Assembly: GCF_009914755.1 (NCBI RefSeq)
Contig: NC_060929.1
Reading direction: 5' to 3' (one strand)
Length of the DNA: 64,000 bases
DNA from: the human T2T-CHM13v2.0 reference genome, Homo sapiens
A program made the translations under genes and the position numbers. Positions within the stretch are counted from its first letter, which is position 1. Each line of letters starts with the position of its first letter. Under the pieces are notes generated by a model. It saw only the letters and a list, made by a program, of their open reading frames with translations. It ran no database searches and had not been told where the DNA came from. This document shows positions 59,970 to 64,000 of the stretch, piece by piece.

Positions 59970-60330
59970 CTTGTGACTCAAAACATGGGCCAGAGACCAG
60001 CAGCATCAGCATCTTCTAGGAGTCTGTGAGAAACTCAGCACCTCAGGCCATGCCCCAGATCTGCTGATTCTGACTCTGCCTGTCAATCACAACCACATCT
60101 CCAGGTGACTGGCGGGAACATTAAGGGATTGAGAGTTTAGAGCTCTGCAGCTAGATTGCCTAAACTCTGGTTCTGCACTCACTAGCTCTGTGACCTTAGG
60201 CGAGTGATTTAACACCCCTAAAACTCCATTTCTTCATCTAGGCAAAGGGGGAGACTTACAGAGCTAACTCACTGGGTAGTTCTGAGTCTTACTTAAGATC
60301 ATGCATATAGATGTGGTTAACACAGAGCTT
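59970..60330. mobile_element. MER5-like MITE (59970-60125) followed by a plus-strand MIR (60130-60330)
   Basis: ctcaaaacatgggcc..gaccagcagcatcagcatc...ccccagatctgctga; then ctcactagctctgtgaccttagg...tttcttcatcta. Confidence 0.72.
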
Positions 60331-63300
60331 GCAGCTGGTAATTGCTGAATTCATGCTACCCATGGTTGTTAAAAACTCAGTGTTCAAGGCAGAATGCAGA
60401 ATGCTGGTCCAACTGAGTACTCTTTAGGTAATGAGATGTTTAAAAAGGGATACAACTGGTAACATTAAGATGAGGTTGCCACCAACCCAGCCACGGTCTC
60501 CAGCTGCAATGATTTATCACTGAAATGTTGGGAGGCTCCAATCCTGCAACAGTATGTGAACCAGATCAGATCTGGCCCATCCTCTTAGACTTACAGTTCA
60601 AGACAGACAAGATTAGGTCCAGAGCCAATGTAAACAACAGAATGGACCCTGAATCTCTCTCCTGATTAGATCAGCAAACACACCAGCGCTGCCGCCTTAG
60701 GACACATTCCCCCAGGACAGAGGCACACATGAAGCAGCTCCAGCCCTGCCCAGGGGTGGTTTATTATCAGAAGAAAAAAGACCACAGGAGACGACTGTCC
60801 CACCTCCAGCACAGACCACAGCCTCTGCTGACAGGCAGAATAAGGTTCCAGTGTAACAGCAGCAACTCCTAACCTTCCTCGAATGCATTCTGCCAGTGCT
60901 ATAAGTACATTGTAGGTTTTAATTAATTTAATCCCCCAACATGCCTAGAAGGTGCAGACCATTATTAATCTCGCTTTACAGACAATAAAACTGAAGCTCG
61001 GAAAACTGAAGTTACGTGTCATACAACTCATCACACTACTGGTAAGTGGCTGAAACAGGACTTCTGTCAGGTGCAGAATGCACCTTTCACCTTATCTGTG
61101 CCTTCATCAACCAACACCTACCTGCTATCTGTCCATCCTGTTTGGGTGGGGAGCTATCTGAGCTGTGCAGAGGTGGCAGGGGTGGGCCCTGCTGAGGAAT
61201 GCAGCAAGGGGCTCACCCCACGACCCACAGATGCATGACCCTGCCCAAGGGAGGGCTTCTCATCTTACTCAGCCTCAGCTAGAAGCCAGTGGTGACACAT
61301 TCTGGGGTGTCTATTCCTATCCTGAGATAGAGCCACATGGAAATTCAAAAGATGAAATCTCAGAAGCAGTTTATCACCCAAGTATAAAGACAGGCATCTG
61401 TCAACAAAGGAACATGATCATAGCTGAGTGTTCCTTGAGTGGCTTTTCCTTCATTGCTCTCAAAGCCTTTTGAGATCTCGAAAAGTCTCCAGTGGGCAAG
61501 ACTTGACATTCTATGTGTGAGACACAGATGCAGAATCAGACATGGATACCGTGATTCGCTGCTACATGCCGGTGTCTTCAGCTCACGTCTGCTCACTCAC
61601 ACACGAGGTGACCAATCCCAATGATGGGGATCCTGTCCCAGCCCCCAGTTCTCCAGCAGTGTCTCCTGGCTCCCCTCTTTAGACCCAGCACCACTCTCAT
61701 TCTTGCAAGCCACCTGACTCATGGCTTTCCCATTCACCTCCTGCCCTGTCCTTGGTACCCCACATTGCTCTGGACACCACAGTGCCCTGTATAGCCACTG
61801 GTCCCATGGCGGGGATCCTCAGGCAGAGAGAAGATACTAAAATCAACTCACTTGCAAACAGGCCCTCTTCCTCACAAACTGGAAGATGGATCCTAGCCAA
61901 ATGGAAAAAAAAAAAAAAGCTTAAATTTTTAGGTTTTAAAAAAATCAATGTAAGGAAAATTCTCAAATGGTTGAAAAATATTCAATCTACAGTAGGCCTT
62001 GGGGATGTGTATTTTTTTGGCTAGGGGACCTCCTGAGTTTCTTTAATCACACCAAATAAATGATTCTCTTCTCCAACTATGGATAAGGCTGGCTCTGATT
62101 GGTATATGAGATCACACACATATATATTCTCTCTCATAAGTTTGTATAAGAGTAATTTCTGGAAGCATATAAAAGACAGACGACAATAGCTACATTTGGA
62201 AAGGGGAACCAGAAATTGGGTAAGGCAGGAATATTTATCTTTTATATTATCTTCTAATCCTTGAGAGTTTTGCACCATGAATATGTACTTCTACTTTCAA
62301 TTTCAAAAGTAGTCAATAGTAACAATAAAAATACATGAACTTGCTGAGAGAAATATGGTCATCTCACATGCCTGCTCCAAACTGGCTCATCAAACCAACC
62401 CTACTCCCAAAGCTTGGTGCAGGTGTCAGCCAACATGGGACAGTGTCCTTCAGGTCACTCGATCTATACAATCCTACTACCCCCCAACTTCTCCCTTCTG
62501 TACCAGCCCCTTCTGGCATCTGACCCTTCACTTGGCTCCCATTTCCAGCTCTCACTCTTTGTATTAATCAACTGATCTGGTTTCTCGAGACAAAGTGCTT
62601 TGCCCCATGATGTGCCCTCAGGCTTTTTCTTAGGGTGGGACACCCCTGAGATCCCTAACCCATAGGGTCCCACTGCAGTCATTGTGAGGGCTCAGGATTC
62701 CAGAACCCATTTTCTCTATCAGGCAATTTTGCCTTTGTGCTAGTTTCTGATTTCTTTGTATAATCAAACTTAAGCTCTTTTAGAGCTCAAAGTGCAAGAG
62801 CAAATCTACTTGAGGTTTGAAATCCTGGCTCACACCAACAGAAGAAAATCTCATGATTCCATTAGAGCAAATATGGCTCAGAAAATTCGTGCTTTCTCTC
62901 TGGCTCCGGCTCTTTTGTTTATGCACTGTTTCTTCCCATTCAACAGGCTGTCATTATGTGAGTGTCAATACACTGGGCAGAATCGTGGACATGATGTATC
63001 AGTGTTGAGGGCTACCAGAATTAGAACATAAAGACCACTTAACTCAGAACCAAATCAGGGAGCCCACAGATTAGTCACCAGAGAGATGCCAAGACAATGT
63101 TAGTCTACTCAGTGCACTCAACAGTATTACACATCTGAATGGGTGTTAGGCTCCCCCAGGGGCGCAGGGTGGGATTTATTCACTGCTTCTGTTGCAAGGG
63201 TGGGTGGTCACTACCCCAGCTCCTCTCAGGTGATGTGTGGTGTGTGACTTGCCTTCAGACATCCTTCGCCCTCCGTTCCTCCTCTGACTCCCCCGCCAGC

Positions 63301-63445
63301 CATCAGTTCCTAGTGCTGTGTCTGCCTTTCATCACGTCTTGGTATCCCTCTTCCAATGCCAATGCACAGAGTGGGATGTGCACACTTCACTGAGAAGCTC
63401 CTTTCTTCCCACTATGTCTCTGCCTCATCCAGACAGTCAAGGTTG

Positions 63446-63544
63446 CAGAGATTGCTTTACATCTTAATGATACTGGGAAATACATAGGATGTACAGAGAT
63501 TGCTTTACATCTTAATGACACCGGGAAATACATAGGATGTACAG
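63446..63544. repeat. 48-bp tandem duplication (2 copies)
   Basis: cagagattgctttacatcttaatga(t/c)ac(t/c)gggaaatacataggatgta at 63446 and 63494, with 2 mismatches. Confidence 0.95.
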
Positions 63545-64000
63545 GACAACAATTTCATTAAAAGTCCATTATGGCTTGGCTGTGTGGTTGAGCCATGCAA
63601 GTTAATGACCAGGTGTTGTCAAATACTCAAAAGCCCTTGGCTTACCTCCTTGAATAATAAACTGACTTGGGTCCTTGGGGATGTGTGTTGAAGTACACCT
63701 AGGATGGCGGCTTTTGAGATTTTTAATCATTCACATACTACCTTGTTATTCTTTCTATGTATTATCTGTATGATTTAATATATTTCTGTGAATTAATTCC
63801 TGTTTCATTTTTACTTAAATGTCTGCTATATCTTTGTCCTAAGCAAAAGTATCTGTAGGGTCATGCATTTGAAAAGCTGTGTATCTAACATACATCACCA
63901 AAAAAATCCATGAAAATACTATGCTGGCTACACCTTGGGGCACGTAGAAGGAAAATAATGACTCAGAAGTCAATAGACTCCATTGTGTCTTTATATTTCC

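Noticed and set aside
63150-63168. cccccaggggcgcag as a CTCF site
   Set aside because: One G short of the core spacing; not supportable from sequence alone.

Overview
This is primate (human-like) non-coding genomic DNA, either intronic or intergenic. It begins at an EcoRI site (GAATTC), which may be a clone end. It is dominated by interspersed repeats: about 13 Alus, two 5'-inverted L1PA elements, old L1M fragments, many L2 and MIR remnants, MaLR/ERVL solo LTRs, hAT MITEs (MER5, MER58) and several microsatellites. I found no protein-coding exon, RNA gene, CpG island or identifiable host gene, and the listed ORFs are repeat-derived or chance frames. I see no evidence for a new gene system. The notable signals are structural: (1) a 117-bp, 113/117-identical inverted repeat of apparently non-repeat DNA around an 854-bp spacer (9483-10570); (2) two independently inserted, tail-to-tail, twin-primed L1s (49763-55115) that form a ~5.3-kb quasi-palindrome and share unusual indels, suggesting gene conversion or inversion between them; (3) several short local tandem duplications, one spanning an L1/Alu junction. 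Repeat boundaries and subfamily names were assigned by eye against remembered consensus sequences and are approximate.
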